A stretch of 64,000 bases of DNA, from positions 546,279 through 610,278 of the forward strand of contig CAVQKE010000007.1 in the NCBI GenBank assembly GCA_963713045.1, written 5' to 3'. This document shows, one piece after another, positions 40,251 to 48,618 of the stretch (the first letter of the stretch is position 1; every line of letters starts with the position of its first letter). The notes beneath the pieces were generated by a model. That model saw nothing but the letters and a program-made list of their open reading frames with translations, did no database searches and was not told where the DNA came from. A program made the translations under genes and the position numbers. The DNA comes from an uncultured delta proteobacterium. Its GTDB lineage: Bacteria > Myxococcota > Myxococcia > Myxococcales > Myxococcaceae.

Positions 40251-41206
40251 GGAATTCTCGTCCTCCTCGGGGCCGGAGTCCTTAGCACACTCTGCTCGGC
40301 GGAGGAGTCGAGCGTCGGCCGGAAGGGCCCAGTGGCCAAGGAGCGAAACTCAGTCGCAGCCGCGCTCGGACGGCGCCCTTTGACCTCGAGCCAGGTAAGT
40401 GTTCGCCGCAGGACGAGGTCATCGACCACCAGGGCGACCAGCTCGCCGCGAGCAATCTCCTTCTGGACAGCGTGGTTGGAGAGGATGGTGAAGCCGACGC
40501 CCGAGGCGGCCAGCTGTTTAATGACTTCATTCTCACTGATTTCGAACAGGCGGCCCGGAGTCACGCCGCGGTTGCGGAGAGCGGCGAGCACCACATCGCG
40601 CGTTCCGGCTCCCTGTTCACGAATAAGAAACAACTCCTGGAAAAGCCGGGTGGCCTTGAGGCGGCGCACTTGGGTCAGGGGGTGGCCCGGCGCGGCCACG
40701 GCCACCAACGCGTCCTCCATCCAGGGGGAAACCTCGACGCGCGCGTGACTCACCGGACCCTCCACCACCGCCAGCTCGACCGCGTTGGTGAGCAGCGCAT
40801 CGAGAACCGCACGGGTGTTGGCCGCCACCAGCGTCATCTCGATGGCGGGGTGTCGGGCGTGGAAGGCACCGAGGATGGGCGGAAGAAAATAGCTGGCCAC
40901 AGTCAAACTCGAGCCGATGCGCAGCGAGCCGCTCCGCAGGCCCCGACGCTCGGCCAGCGCTTCCTCGGCGGCGCGTTCCTCGCCAAACAACGCCCGGGCG
41001 TGAGAGAGCAACACGTTGCCCTCTTCGGTGAGAGTCACTCCCCGGGAGGTCCGCACCAGCAGCTGGGCGCCCAGCTGCCCTTCCAGCTGCCGGACCGCCT
41101 TGGAGATGGCGGGTTGACTCACCCGAAGCTGACGTGCGGCGGCTGTAAAGCCGCTTCGCTCCGCCACTGCGGCGAAGAGTCGAAGCGAGTTGAGATTCAA
41201 GGCCAT
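40247..41206 (-). CDS. LysR family transcriptional regulator (CysL-like)
   Basis: FTAAARQLRVSQPAIS, LTEEG, REQGAGTR; stop overlaps the peroxiredoxin start (ATGA). Confidence 0.95.
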   Translation of the reverse strand: MALNLNSLRLFAAVAERSGFTAAARQLRVSQPAISKAVRQLEGQLGAQLLVRTSRGVTLTEEGNVLLSHARALFGEERAAEEALAERRGLRSGSLRIGSSLTVASYFLPPILGAFHARHPAIEMTLVAANTRAVLDALLTNAVELAVVEGPVSHARVEVSPWMEDALVAVAAPGHPLTQVRRLKATRLFQELFLIREQGAGTRDVVLAALRNRGVTPGRLFEISENEVIKQLAASGVGFTILSNHAVQKEIARGELVALVVDDLVLRRTLTWLEVKGRRPSAAATEFRSLATGPFRPTLDSSAEQSVLRTPAPRRTRIP

Positions 41207-41219
41207 AGCCAAAAGTTAT
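41205..41219. promoter_or_regulatory. LysR-type T-N11-A box overlapping the lysR start codon
   Basis: ATAGCCAAAAGTTAT (ATA-N9-TAT; T41206...A41218). Confidence 0.6.
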
Positions 41220-41312
41220 TTTACGTGGTCTTCGAATGTCTTGGCGATCTTCCCGCCGCTGGCGCATTTGTGAGCCCGTGGCGGCAACCCAGCTGCCCAA
41301 GGAGAGAGGGCC

Positions 41313-41492
41313 ATGTACAGCTTTGACGAGAGGTGGCGGAGGCAGCTGTTGGAGGACGCGCTGGTGGCCGACCTGCTCGACCCGCAGGTGGGCCGGCAAC
41401 CGAGTCCCCCCGACGCTCGGCCGGCGCGCCCTGGCGTTGCGGAACGGACGGAAGCGGCCGGCCGCACTCGCGACGCGCGCAGCGCCGCTTAA
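41313..41492 (+). CDS. Hypothetical small protein, 59 aa (MYSFDERWRRQLLEDALVADLLDPQ...)
   Basis: Hand-translated; AAGGAGAGAGG upstream of ATG; divergent from lysR. Confidence 0.45.
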   Translation: MYSFDERWRRQLLEDALVADLLDPQVGRQPSPPDARPARPGVAERTEAAGRTRDARSAA

Positions 41493-41543
41493 AGCCGCAA
41501 CAGTCCGGTGGTGGACGAGGCGGGGTGCGCTATAGAGCGCGCC

Positions 41544-42551
41544 ATGCACCGTCTCCTCCTCGTTGGTTTGGCGTTGACCTCTGGCGTCGCGCTTGCCCAG
41601 CCCGACGCGGGCGCCGTCCCAGGGCTGGCTGTCCACCCGCTTCGGCTGCAGTCGACTCCTGGTCGCGTCGGGATGGATTATTTGGGCTACGACGCTGCCA
41701 CCAACCAGGTGTGGGTCCCCGGCGGAAACACCGGTCGCGTTTTCATTGTGGACGCCACGACGGAGAGCATCCGCACCATTGAGGGTTTCGCGACGAAACA
41801 GAAGGAGGGCCGGGAGCTCGGCCCGACTTCGGTGACGTTTGGGCCCGGCCGGGCCTTCGTTGGCAACCGCGCCGACTCTTCAGTCTGCGCTTTCGACCTA
41901 CGCACCCTCCAGCGTGGCGCCTGCGTCGCGTTGCCAGAGCCCCCCGACGGCTTGGCCTATGTGTCCACCACGGATGAGGTTTGGGCCACTGTGCCCCGCT
42001 TGAATTCCATCATCATCCTTTCTGCGGCCAAGCCGGAGCTGCCGATGGTTGGGCGGATTGAGGTGCCCGGGCAGCCGGAGGGCTACGCGGTGGACGCCGC
42101 CGCGGCGCGTTTTTACACCAACCTCGAGGACCGGAACGAGACGCTGGCTCTCGACGTGCACGCGCGCGCCACCGCAGCGCACTGGCCCACCACCTGCAGC
42201 TCAGAGGGGCCGCGAGGGATGGCGATTGACGGCGCCAACAGCGTTCTGGTGGTGGCGTGCACCGACCGCCTCGTCTCCTTCGCACTCACCGCGGCCCCCG
42301 CTCCTCTCGGAAACGTCGACACCGGCCTCGGCCTCGACAACATCGACCTGGCGCCGAAATTAGGCACAGTCTTCGCAGCCGCGGGGAAAGCCGAGCGGCT
42401 GACGCGGGTGCAGCTCTTGCCCAACGGCGTGATGCACGTCACCGGGCAGGCGCATACGTCGGCCGGGGTGCGGGTGGTGGTGGTCTCGGCGGCAGGCAAG
42501 GCCTTTGCCGCCGACCCTGCGGGCGGCCAACTGTGGGTGGCTGCTCCCTAG
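41544..42551 (+). CDS. YncE/YVTN-like exported beta-propeller protein
   Basis: Signal peptide; MDYLGYD, PDGLAYV, PEGYAVD, GPRGMAID, GLDNID blades; TATAGA just upstream of ATG suggests a leaderless mRNA. Confidence 0.85.
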   Translation: MHRLLLVGLALTSGVALAQPDAGAVPGLAVHPLRLQSTPGRVGMDYLGYDAATNQVWVPGGNTGRVFIVDATTESIRTIEGFATKQKEGRELGPTSVTFGPGRAFVGNRADSSVCAFDLRTLQRGACVALPEPPDGLAYVSTTDEVWATVPRLNSIIILSAAKPELPMVGRIEVPGQPEGYAVDAAAARFYTNLEDRNETLALDVHARATAAHWPTTCSSEGPRGMAIDGANSVLVVACTDRLVSFALTAAPAPLGNVDTGLGLDNIDLAPKLGTVFAAAGKAERLTRVQLLPNGVMHVTGQAHTSAGVRVVVVSAAGKAFAADPAGGQLWVAAP

Positions 42552-42685
42552 CGGAGCGCTTCGGCTACAGTGAAGCGGATTTTCCCGCGCTAGAATGGCT
42601 TTGGGCCGCTCCACGGGCGCCAAGGCTGGGGCCGACTGGCCCGGTTGAGGACTCGGAACGCCCGCCGGGTCCTCTGGAGTTCAGG

Positions 42686-43561
42686 ATGACGACGCCGTCC
42701 GCCTCAGTCCTCCTGACGACCGCCGACGTGGCCGAGTTGCTGCGCGTGCACCCGAAGCATGTGTACCGACTGCTGAAAAAGGGACTTCCGGCGCGGCGCG
42801 TGGGCTCGGAATGGCGATTTGACCGAACGGAGGTCCTTGTTTGGTCGGGTGGAGGAGCGCCGCCGGAACCAGACGTCGGCGTCCTACCGGGCGCTGCTGC
42901 CCCGACCCCGCTCGTCGCCGGCAATGGTGACCTGGTCCTGATGGCGCTGCTGCGGCTGAGCGCCGAGCGCGGCCCGCCGCTGCTTGGCTTCGTGCCAGCC
43001 GACAGAGAGGCAAGCTTGGATTTGTTGGCGCAGGGAGCGGTCCTGGCCGCCGGGGCGCACGCCGGGGGCTTTCCCTCCCACCTGGGTGCGGAACGTCTGG
43101 CCCGCATTCACCTTGTCACGCGCGAGGTGGGCCTTCTCACCAAGCGGGACGCCAAGCCCTTCCGGCTCCTGGGGTTACCCAAGCGGACGCTCGCCTCGCG
43201 GCCGACTTCGGCCGGGGTGCGCACACACCTGGATGCGGCGCTCCGGGCTGCGAACCTCGACTCGGACCAGGTGCACCGCCGGGCAACGCTGTTCCCCTCC
43301 CACCTCGAGGTGGTGCTTGCGGTGGTGTCCGGGCGCGCCGAGGTCGGCCTTGCTTCTCGCGCTTGGGGAGAGCGCGCCGGCCTCGCCTTCCATTTGCTGG
43401 CGAAAGAAGCCTATGGGCTGTTGGTGAAGGCGAGCTCCCTCGGCGACTCGCGGGTCGTCCGACTGTGCGAAGTGGCGCAAGGAGAGGCATTCCGCTCTGA
43501 AGTGGGAGCCATCCCCGGCTACGACACCGAGGGAGCCGGAGACATCCGCTACGACGGGTGA
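42686..43561 (+). CDS. Excisionase-type HTH fused to a PBP-like (molybdate-binding type) domain; regulator
   Basis: LLTTADVAELLRVHPKHVYRL...RRVGSEWRF; REVGLL, SAGVR, SHLEVV.AV.SGRAEVG, IPGYD. Confidence 0.88.
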   Translation: MTTPSASVLLTTADVAELLRVHPKHVYRLLKKGLPARRVGSEWRFDRTEVLVWSGGGAPPEPDVGVLPGAAAPTPLVAGNGDLVLMALLRLSAERGPPLLGFVPADREASLDLLAQGAVLAAGAHAGGFPSHLGAERLARIHLVTREVGLLTKRDAKPFRLLGLPKRTLASRPTSAGVRTHLDAALRAANLDSDQVHRRATLFPSHLEVVLAVVSGRAEVGLASRAWGERAGLAFHLLAKEAYGLLVKASSLGDSRVVRLCEVAQGEAFRSEVGAIPGYDTEGAGDIRYDG

Positions 43562-43625
43562 GGGTCGCCAAAGCCCTCGCCGTCAATCCCCGTGCCATAT
43601 TCCCCCGCCTCAAGGCATTGGACAG

Positions 43626-43656
43626 ATGAGTCACTTTGTGTCACAAAGTGACTCAT
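43626..43656. promoter_or_regulatory. Perfect 31-bp palindromic operator overlapping the start codon of the RHH-like gene
   Basis: ATGAGTCACTTTGTG-T-CACAAAGTGACTCAT. Confidence 0.8.
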
Positions 43657-43960
43657 GGGTAAGAGGCTGCCTGCTTCCCCGCCGCCGCGTGGGCGCAAGG
43701 AGCGGGTCATCCATACCCGGGTCCCGGCCCCCCTCGAGGCGGAGTTGAAGCGCTTCGCGGAGGAGTTGAGAATTCCGGTCTCCAACCTCATCCGCACCAT
43801 TCTTGAGGACGCCCTGGCCGCCGCGGACCACGCCGGGGAGCGCGTCGAGCGGGAGCTTCGGGCGGGAGCGGCCCGGCTGGCGCATGGCCGCGACCGCCTG
43901 CGCCGGACGCTGGTGGGCCGCCTTCCCGGCGGCCCAAAAGAGACGGACGGCGAATCGTGA
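43655..43960 (+). CDS. Ribbon-helix-helix-like DNA-binding protein
   Basis: RVIHTRVP (beta strand) - LEAELKRFAEE - IPVSNLIRTILEDAL. Confidence 0.7.
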   Translation: MGKRLPASPPPRGRKERVIHTRVPAPLEAELKRFAEELRIPVSNLIRTILEDALAAADHAGERVERELRAGAARLAHGRDRLRRTLVGRLPGGPKETDGES

Positions 43961-43979
43961 GCCCTTTGGTGGCCGCGTG

Positions 43980-44723
43980 ATGCGCGACTTCCCCCCCTCG
44001 GACAAGCCCGCCGTTGTCCTGGTGGCGCGCGAGGTTGCGGCGCTGGCTGCGTATGGACTGCTTCACCCCTTCGGCTGGAGACGGCAGCACAAGCGGACTG
44101 CGAGGCGCCGCGACCAGCGCACGGTGGTCCTGGTCCACGGCTACGGCGGCAACCGCAGCAACTTTCTTCCACTGCGCGCGTACTTGAGGCTCCACGGAGT
44201 GCGGCAGATGCTGGCCTTTGACTACCAGTCCTCGGCCGGCATCGAGCAGGCGGCCCGCGCGCTTCGGGACTACCTTCGTCATTCGGTGCGCGGCGGTCGA
44301 ATTGACCTCGTCTGCCACAGCCTCGGGGGGCTGGTGGCGCGCGTGTACCTTCAGCAACTGGGGGGCGCGCGCCGCGTGGACCGTTGCATTACGCTGGGAA
44401 CGCCCCACCGAGGCACATACAACGCGTATTGGGTTGCCACACGGGTCGGACGGGAGCTGCGGCCCGATTCTTCTGTCCTGGAACGGCTCGCCGGGAGTCA
44501 GGGCCTCGCCCGCACTGTCCGCTTCACCTCCATCGTCGCCGGTTCAGACAACATCGTCATTCCGCGCATCTTCGCGGCCGGGGAGGACCTGGTCCGCATC
44601 CCGGACGTCGGCCACTTGGGCATGCTGTTTTCACCTGGGGTGGCTCGTGCAGTGCTCGAGCGGTTGAGCCCCACGACGGACCCGGCCGTTGGTTCCATGG
44701 ACTCGGAACTCGCCTCGCGTTAA
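43980..44723 (+). CDS. Alpha/beta hydrolase (lipase/esterase)
   Basis: VLVHGYGG, LVCHSLGG, ITLGTPHRGT, DNIVIP, VGHLGML. Confidence 0.92.
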   Translation: MRDFPPSDKPAVVLVAREVAALAAYGLLHPFGWRRQHKRTARRRDQRTVVLVHGYGGNRSNFLPLRAYLRLHGVRQMLAFDYQSSAGIEQAARALRDYLRHSVRGGRIDLVCHSLGGLVARVYLQQLGGARRVDRCITLGTPHRGTYNAYWVATRVGRELRPDSSVLERLAGSQGLARTVRFTSIVAGSDNIVIPRIFAAGEDLVRIPDVGHLGMLFSPGVARAVLERLSPTTDPAVGSMDSELASR

Positions 44724-44775
44724 GGCAGGCGCCGGGCTGGACGGAACCGGCTTCCTTTGGGAAGGTGCTCCTAAC

Positions 44776-45711
44776 GTGCTGCGCTATAAGGCCGACGTCC
44801 GTACGCTCGGCATTCTCACCTCCTATGCCGTCCTCTTCATCGGGGGCTGGCTGCTCGCGCCTACCGGGCCGCTCTGCTGGGCGTGGGTGGTGGTGCTCTC
44901 ATACAACTCATGGCTTTGCGCGGTGGTTGCGCACAACACCGTCCACTGTCCGGTCTTCACCCGCCGGTGGATGAACCGCGTCTTTCAGGTGTGGGTCAGC
45001 CTCTCCTACGGTTTCCCCATCAGCGAATACGTGCCAGGCCACAACCTCTCCCACCACCGTTACGTCGAGCGCCGAGAGGACGTGATGCGCACCAGCAAGG
45101 TGCGCTTCCGATGGAATCTCCTCAACCTGCTCTTCTTCTTCCCGACCGTGACGCCGGCCATCCTCAGGGGCAACGCCCGCTTCAAGCAGCTCCGCGGCAA
45201 CAAAATTGCCGCCTGGCACTACCAATTTCTCCTCGAGGCACTGGTGGTGTGGGGTCTCAAAGGGGCCCTCCTGCTGCTCGACTGGCGGAAGGCGCTGGTC
45301 TTCATGGTGGTGCCTCACCTCTTTGCAAACTTCGGCATCGTCACCATCAACCTCATCCAACATGACGGTTGCGACGCAGAGCATCCAGTCAACCATTCCC
45401 GGACCTTCATCAGTCCGCTGCTGAATTTCTTGACGGTCAACAACGGATACCACGGTATGCACCACATGGAGCCGGGGCTCCATTGGAGCCTGCTTCCGGC
45501 CGCCCATGCCGAGCGAGTCCGGCCGACCCTTCACCCGCGCTTGGAGGAGAAGTCCATGGTGGGCTACATCTTCCGGGCCTACGTCTACCCGGGGAAGCGT
45601 CTGAAGTACGACGGGACTCCGCTGGTGGTGAGGGACCTCGGTCCGGACCTAGACTGGGTTCAACCCTCGGACGCGGAGTTCTCCGGGCAGCGCACCATGG
45701 CCCCGGCCTGA
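44776..45711 (+). CDS. Membrane fatty acid desaturase
   Basis: His boxes HNTVH, HNLSHH, QHDG, NNGYHGMHH. Confidence 0.92.
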   Translation: MLRYKADVRTLGILTSYAVLFIGGWLLAPTGPLCWAWVVVLSYNSWLCAVVAHNTVHCPVFTRRWMNRVFQVWVSLSYGFPISEYVPGHNLSHHRYVERREDVMRTSKVRFRWNLLNLLFFFPTVTPAILRGNARFKQLRGNKIAAWHYQFLLEALVVWGLKGALLLLDWRKALVFMVVPHLFANFGIVTINLIQHDGCDAEHPVNHSRTFISPLLNFLTVNNGYHGMHHMEPGLHWSLLPAAHAERVRPTLHPRLEEKSMVGYIFRAYVYPGKRLKYDGTPLVVRDLGPDLDWVQPSDAEFSGQRTMAPA

Positions 45712-45739
45712 CCAGCGACGTTCGCCTGCCGGCTTTCTG

Positions 45740-46048
45740 TCAGCGGCCGGTGGGAATGAAAGGCTGCCGGCGGAGCGCTTCCGCCACCGTCTCCAGCGTC
45801 GGCACGGGCGGCGTCGCGCCCGCGGCAAGCGGGGCATGGTGGCCAAGCACGTTGCGAAGGTCCTGCTCGAATTTCACGTTGCCCGCAGCGATTTCCCGCA
45901 GCGCCGTGACGGTCGCCTTGTCGCGCCCCGAAGGCACGGTGCAGGTCGCCCCGGAGAGAAGTTGCTTGGTGCGGCGGACGGCGAGGATGGAGAGCGCGAA
46001 GCGGTTCTCCGCGTACGGACCGCAGTCTTCAATGGTAACTCGCGCCAT
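45740..46048 (-). CDS. rpoZ: RNA polymerase omega subunit (stand-alone, possibly a paralog)
   Basis: MARVTIEDC...NRFAL...RRTKQL...K.TVTALREIAAG. Confidence 0.9.
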   Translation of the reverse strand: MARVTIEDCGPYAENRFALSILAVRRTKQLLSGATCTVPSGRDKATVTALREIAAGNVKFEQDLRNVLGHHAPLAAGATPPVPTLETVAEALRRQPFIPTGR

Positions 46049-46415
46049 AGCCCTTCGAACTAGCACGCCTGTGCGGCCGCAGCAAACCGGGCGTTCGGAG
46101 AACCAGCCGGCAAGACGCCATCGGCCGGGAGCTCACCGACAGAGACAAGCCCATCTCCTCGAAGAGCAGCTGCGGCTTCACGGCAGCCAGCGACGCTCGA
46201 CCCACTGCTAGGCGAAGCAAGCGGGCTCGCGGGTGCGCCGCGGGCACTGGCAGGTGCCCAGTCCTGTTTGGCACGGCAGCCGTCCGGCGCATCGCAGCCG
46301 AGGCAAACAATCCCGTACGCGGATTTCGCGAGAGGGGGAGCGGCGTGTCTCCGTCCCCCCTTGGAGGAAGTGTGGGCCAGGCAGCAAGCCTTCCTTCGCA
46401 CGCGAGGGTCAGGCC

Positions 46416-46441
46416 AAACCTCTTTCGTGGCTTCTGGCTCT
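46416..46441 (+). promoter_or_regulatory. ECF promoter-like motif, copy 1 (AAACC-N15-GGCTCT)
   Basis: One of four copies; followed by AGGAGG at 46449. Confidence 0.6.
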
Positions 46442-46519
46442 AAGAACCAGGAGGAAGAATTGCTCGGAGTGCACCGCTTCGAGTTGACCCACCGGAGTTG
46501 ACGAGCGGGAGGCCCATCG

Positions 46520-46960
46520 ATGTCCAGTTCGAAAGAGATTGTGATTACGCTTCCGGGCAGACGTCGCGTAGACGCCGCCGTGGGGACGCACGTCGTGCGG
46601 ACCGACCAGCCCCGGGGCAACGGCGGGGAGGATACGGCTCCGTCCCCATTCGACCTGTTCCTGGCGTCACTCGGCACCTGCGCCGGAATTTTTGTCCAAG
46701 GCTTCTGCGCTGGCCGCTCCATTCCGTCCAACGACATTCGCATCCGAGAGACAGTCGACTTTGACACGGAGGGCACCCTGCAGACGGTGCGTCTCGAGCT
46801 CGAGTTACCCCCCGACTTCCCGGAACGGTACCGCGAAGCGCTCATCCGGGCCGTCGACCAGTGTTCGGTCAAGCGTGCAATTCAGGCTCAGCCGAGGTTC
46901 CAAGTTCGAACGAGCGTTGCACGAGCCACCGCCCAGTTGGGAGTCGCCGTCACTGACTAA
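46520..46960 (+). CDS. OsmC family protein
   Basis: TDQP..NGGEDTAPSPFDLFLASLGTC...AVDQCSVKR. Confidence 0.93.
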   Translation: MSSSKEIVITLPGRRRVDAAVGTHVVRTDQPRGNGGEDTAPSPFDLFLASLGTCAGIFVQGFCAGRSIPSNDIRIRETVDFDTEGTLQTVRLELELPPDFPERYREALIRAVDQCSVKRAIQAQPRFQVRTSVARATAQLGVAVTD

Positions 46961-46981
46961 GGGCGTTAGGCTGTAGTCCTC

Positions 46982-47806
46982 ATGCCCCGCACGGATGCCG
47001 AACTTCTCCGCGCCGCTCGGAGCGGAGAGTCGGGGGCCATCGACGAGGTCCTCGCACGACACGAGAAGCAGGTGTTCCGCTTCGGCCTCCGAATGTGCGG
47101 CTCCGAAGAGGATGCCCGCGACGTCCTCCAGGAGACGCTCATCGCCGCCTTCCGAGGCCTTCCCGAGTTCCGGGGCGATGCCGACCTTTCCACTTGGCTG
47201 TATCAAATCGCGCGGAGTTTCTGCATCAAAGCGCGCCGTCGACGTGTCGGCGAACCCTCGGAGAAGGTCTCCTTGGACGAGCCTGAAGCCCGAGGCATCC
47301 CTGCCGGCGCCTTGGTGCCGGACGCACGGATACATGCGAGGGAGATTGGCGAAGTGCTTCAGGCGGCGATCCTCTCGCTGCCACAAAGCCATCGCGAGGT
47401 CATCGTCCTCAAGGACGTTGAGGGACTCACGGCCGAGGAGGTTGCGCGCGTGCTCCAGGAGGACGTAGCGGCGGTGAAGAGTCGACTGCATCGGGCCCGC
47501 GCAGGGCTTCGTCAAGCTGTCGCCACGCTACTCGGGCCGGATGGCTCGATGCAGGCGACCGAGCCCTGTCCAGAGCTATCCGACGAATTGGCCAACTACG
47601 CCGCCGGAGACATCGACCAGGCGACGTGCGCTCAAATCGAGGCGCACCTTGCCCAGTGCAAGCGCTGTTCTGGTGCCTGCGAGACGCTGCAGCGGACAGT
47701 GTCACTCTGCCGGAGGATTCCGGGCGATACGGTGCCAACCGCGGTGCGCACTGCCGTCCGGGCGGCGCTCGGAGTGGCCCCGAAAGGCTTAAACCCACCG
47801 GCGTGA
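46982..47806 (+). CDS. ECF sigma factor with fused C-terminal zf-HC2 (zinc anti-sigma) domain
   Basis: DARDVLQETL, FRGDADLSTWLY, VKSRLHRAR; then C...IEAHLAQCKRC. Confidence 0.93.
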   Translation: MPRTDAELLRAARSGESGAIDEVLARHEKQVFRFGLRMCGSEEDARDVLQETLIAAFRGLPEFRGDADLSTWLYQIARSFCIKARRRRVGEPSEKVSLDEPEARGIPAGALVPDARIHAREIGEVLQAAILSLPQSHREVIVLKDVEGLTAEEVARVLQEDVAAVKSRLHRARAGLRQAVATLLGPDGSMQATEPCPELSDELANYAAGDIDQATCAQIEAHLAQCKRCSGACETLQRTVSLCRRIPGDTVPTAVRTAVRAALGVAPKGLNPPA

Positions 47807-47993
47807 AGCGAAGAAGGCGCATCTGGGCTCCGATGGGGGCCAAACTCAACTTTGCCCTCCTCGACGCAATTGCGCCTCCCCGTGGCGGTCCCTCTCCTCC
47901 CTGCTCCTTTGCTTCAATCGTCGCCGGTGTCCCCAGAGGTGCTCCCAAGGGAACAGTAGTTCCCAGCCTGGTGCCGAGGCAGAACCCGCGGGC

Positions 47994-48020
47994 GAACCCC
48001 GGGAGCCCGTCCGTGGCTCC
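47994..48020 (+). promoter_or_regulatory. ECF promoter-like motif, copy 2 (GAACC-N16-GGCTCC)
   Basis: Ends 8 nt before ATG 48029. Confidence 0.5.
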
Positions 48021-48028
48021 AAGGAACT

Positions 48029-48190
48029 ATGAGAGATGCGTTGGGCTTGGTAGCTGTTCTCGTTGGTTGGTTCGTCGTGCAACGGGTGATGGCCGCAGTC
48101 TTCGGCTTCAGAAGCTGAGGGCCCTTTGGGACCCCGGCGGGGTCCCACACCCAGCGCGGCGACGCCAAGGACACGCGCCGCCCGGAATGA
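48029..48190 (+). CDS. Small membrane protein, candidate selenoprotein (29 aa to UGA 48116-48118; 53 aa if UGA = Sec)
   Basis: Hand-translated MRDALGLVAVLVGWFVVQRVMAAVFGFRS-U-GPFGTPAGSHTQRGDAKDTRRPE; AAGGA upstream; SECIS-like hairpin after the UGA. Confidence 0.6.
48116..48156 (+). other. Bacterial SECIS-like stem-loop
   Basis: TGGGACCCC-GGC-GGGGTCCCA (48127-48147); loop begins 17 nt after UGA and starts with G; no U-tract. Confidence 0.5.
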
Positions 48191-48389
48191 AAGAGGGCTT
48201 TCGGTCCATGGCGCCGACGCTGAGCAGAGAGGTACGGCGACCCTCCGGAAAAGCTACTGCCGACCCGTGTCCTAACGGATTATCGCTTGGCTCTCTTGAG
48301 CGCAGAGTGAAGTTGCGCACCTCATCCGCATTGCAGGACGGGGCTAAGGCACCGTCAAGGGCGTCCCACGCGCGATGGCACTTGCGCCA

Positions 48390-48415
48390 GAACCCTTTGG
48401 AGCAGGCTTGGCTCT
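48390..48415 (+). promoter_or_regulatory. ECF promoter-like motif, copy 3 (GAACC-N15-GGCTCT)
   Basis: Followed by GGAGG and ATG 48433. Confidence 0.6.
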
Positions 48416-48432
48416 GACTGTCCGGAGGAACA

Positions 48433-48618
48433 ATGTGCCACCGAATTCGCTGTAGGCAGTGCGGGAAGCCCACCTGGGCAGGATGCGGTGCCCACGTCGA
48501 GAACGCGCTCTCAGGCGTCCCACGCGAGGCGCGCTGTCGGTGCCGCGAGGACGAGCCCAACAGGGCGCCTGCGGCAACACAGCCCGCCAAGCCCCGAAGG
48601 CTCTTCGGGCTGTTCTAA
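48433..48618 (+). CDS. Small Cys-rich protein (61 aa), probably metal-binding
   Basis: MCHRIRCRQCGKPTWAGCGAHV...RCRC; GGAGG RBS. Confidence 0.85.
   Translation: MCHRIRCRQCGKPTWAGCGAHVENALSGVPREARCRCREDEPNRAPAATQPAKPRRLFGLF

Noticed and set aside
42686..42850. Excisionase-like HTH as a sign of a prophage or integrative element
   Set aside because: It is fused to a PBP-like domain as in molybdate-type regulators; no integrase or att/tRNA site seen.
48273..48294. TAACG-N11-GGCTCT as a further promoter copy
   Set aside because: Spacer too short and no RBS/start follows.
47626..48417. 263-aa ORF in the track spanning the microprotein region
   Set aside because: Pro/Arg/Ser-rich shadow ORF overlapping the sigma gene, the promoter motifs and the 48029 ORF; no motifs.
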